In this document: piece after piece, positions 23,052 to 24,740 of the stretch
How positions within the stretch are numbered: the stretch's first letter is position 1
Layout of the letters: each line of letters opens with the position of its first letter
From: a virus
Lineage: Duplodnaviria; Caudoviricetes
Strand: one strand, 5' to 3'
Virus record (IMG/VR): IMGVR_UViG_3300031683_000036
Coordinates: 1 to 24,740 of that record
DNA length: 24,740 nucleotides
Notes under the pieces: generated by a model
Told to the model about the DNA's origin: nothing
Databases searched by the model: none
The model's input: only the letters and a program-made list of their open reading frames with translations
Translations under genes and position numbers: made by a program

Positions 23052-24740
23052 GTTTCAAGGTTATAAATTTCGCATCTATAAACACCCCGAAAGCGGTGGA
23101 AAGTCCTGCAAAGGATTGGGTTGCATATGGTGAAGATAACGATTACTTCACTTATCTCATTGATAGGTGTAATGGTTCAGCTGTTTCTAATGCTATTATC
23201 TCAAGTGTAAGCGACCAAATCTACGGAGAGGGCTTATCTGCTACGAATAGCAATACGAAGCCGTTAGACTTCGCTAAAATGCGCACCATATTTAAGGGTG
23301 AAGATTTAAGAAGGGTATCTGGTGACTTGAAAAAGTTAGGAATGGGCGCTTTTAATGTGATTTGGAACAAGGGAAAGACGCAAATTCTACGATCAAAACA
23401 CATACCAATGCAGAACCTACGACCTGAGAAGGCTACGGATGGGGAAATCAAGGCTTGGTATTATTCTGACAACTGGAGCGAGTACAGAAAAGCTAGGTAT
23501 TCGCCTAAAAGAATAGAAACCTTTACAGGTGCTAAGGGTGAAGACTCTCAAATACTAGTAATTGCTCCTTATTCAGCAGGGTTCTTTTACTTCAGTCCTG
23601 TTGATTATGTGGGTGCTTTAGCTTGGTCAGAGATAGACGAAGAGATAGCTAACTATCATAAAACTAATATACAGAACGGCTTCGCTCCTACGATGTTAGT
23701 TAATTTTAATCAAGGTATTCCAGTAGAAGAAGAACAAGATAAAATTGAACGAGCGATTGAGTCTAAGTTAATAGGTACAGGTGGGAAGAAATGGCTTACA
23801 TCATGGAACGATGATCAATCTACTGCTACAACAATCGAAACAATACCTATTTCAGAAGCTTCAGAGCAGTACAAGTTTCTATCTGAAGAAGCTACACAAA
23901 AGATTCTTATAGGTCATAAGGTTACAAGTCCTATGCTTTTCGGTATTAAGGATTCAGCAGGGTTAGGTAATAACGCAGACGAGATTAAAACGGCTTCACA
24001 GTTGTTTGATAACAAAGTAATTCGTCCTAAGCAGAATATGATAATAGAAGCCGTTGATAGCGTTCTTGCTGTTAATGGTATTATATTGGATTTATTCTTC
24101 AAAACTCTCGAACCTATTGAGTTTGTAGAAACTGAAGGTTTAAGCGTAGAAGAAGCAGAAAAGGAAACAGGCGTTAAGATGTGTGAGAACTTTTCAAAGG
24201 AGGAAGAAAAAGAGGATTTTAAGATAGCTGCTGAGCTTATCGGAATGGGTGAGGAGTTGAGCAGCGAAGATTGGGAATTAATATCTGAAGAAGATGCTGA
24301 GGAACATGAAGAACTAGAAGCCTTTGAATTTGCTAGTACAGGAACAGCAAGACCTAATTCCAAAAGTGAGCAAGATAAGACCATAAACGGTTTTATGTAT
24401 AAGGTTCGTTATTCTTATGCACCATTACAAACAAGTTCTAATAGTAGAGAGTTCTGTCGTAAGATGGTGAGTGCTGATAAGCTTTACAGAAAGGAAGATT
24501 TAATTTCAATGGGTAAAGTTAATGTTCACGGAACTCCAAGCAATAAAAAAGGTTGGGGAGAAGGTGGTAAAAAAACCTATTCTATTTGGAAGTATAAAGG
24601 TGGTGGAGCTTGTCATCATAAATGGAAAAGAAAGACTTTCAAGAGTACTATTAAAGTAGATGTTAAAAGTCCTTTAGCACCAACGATAAGCACAAACAAA
24701 TCGGACAAAGAAGGCTATAGAATACGCAACGACAAAGATG
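23048..24740 (+). CDS. Portal protein with C-terminal extension (partial, runs off the window)
   Basis: Open from ATG 23048 to the window end (absent from the track). WVAYGEDNDYF, NIQNGFAP, KILIGHKVTSPMLFG, GLGNNADE, VIRPKQ are portal motifs. Confidence 0.85.
   Translation, partial: MSFKVINFASINTPKAVESPAKDWVAYGEDNDYFTYLIDRCNGSAVSNAIISSVSDQIYGEGLSATNSNTKPLDFAKMRTIFKGEDLRRVSGDLKKLGMGAFNVIWNKGKTQILRSKHIPMQNLRPEKATDGEIKAWYYSDNWSEYRKARYSPKRIETFTGAKGEDSQILVIAPYSAGFFYFSPVDYVGALAWSEIDEEIANYHKTNIQNGFAPTMLVNFNQGIPVEEEQDKIERAIESKLIGTGGKKWLTSWNDDQSTATTIETIPISEASEQYKFLSEEATQKILIGHKVTSPMLFGIKDSAGLGNNADEIKTASQLFDNKVIRPKQNMIIEAVDSVLAVNGIILDLFFKTLEPIEFVETEGLSVEEAEKETGVKMCENFSKEEEKEDFKIAAELIGMGEELSSEDWELISEEDAEEHEELEAFEFASTGTARPNSKSEQDKTINGFMYKVRYSYAPLQTSSNSREFCRKMVSADKLYRKEDLISMGKVNVHGTPSNKKGWGEGGKKTYSIWKYKGGGACHHKWKRKTFKSTIKVDVKSPLAPTISTNKSDKEGYRIRNDKD

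Noticed and set aside
750-24384. All minus-strand ORFs in the track, and + strand 2690-2887
   Set aside because: They are shadows of well-supported + strand genes or regulatory DNA, have no motifs, and the window is otherwise unidirectional.
1-24740. Stop-codon reassignment or a diversity-generating retroelement
   Set aside because: Genes tile densely under the standard code with TAA, TAG and TGA all used as stops; no reverse transcriptase or TR/VR-like repeat pair was seen.

Overview
This window is a fragment of a tailed dsDNA phage genome, most likely a siphovirus of a Bacteroidota/Flavobacteriia host. The host inference rests on exact TTTG-N19-TAnnTTTG promoters, A-rich start regions without Shine-Dalgarno sites and a DUF3127-type SSB. 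All supportable genes are on the + strand. Gene order: replication block (HTH, DnaA-C-like HTH, SSB, initiator with internal iterons and three AT-rich 13-mers, putative loader, VRR-NUC); Zn-finger GIY-YIG nuclease behind a structured non-coding segment; ECF-like sigma factor; ParB-like, HNH and N6/N4 methyltransferase genes; terminases; a moron-like ORF; tail chaperone with a -1 slippery site; tail genes; tape measure; protease, scaffold and capsid; tail tube; head-spike-like base and fibre; portal (runs off the end). The most unusual signal is three ORF-less promoter-(~25-30 nt body)-terminator cassettes at ~1205-1303, ~5126-5196 and 10110-10200. Their bodies are complementary to the 5' regions of distant genes in this window: tape measure, replication gene 2305 and the replication initiator, respectively. 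This suggests a reciprocal early/late trans-antisense sRNA network. A kissing-loop leader also precedes the initiator. All protein calls come from recognising motifs by eye; no database search was run.
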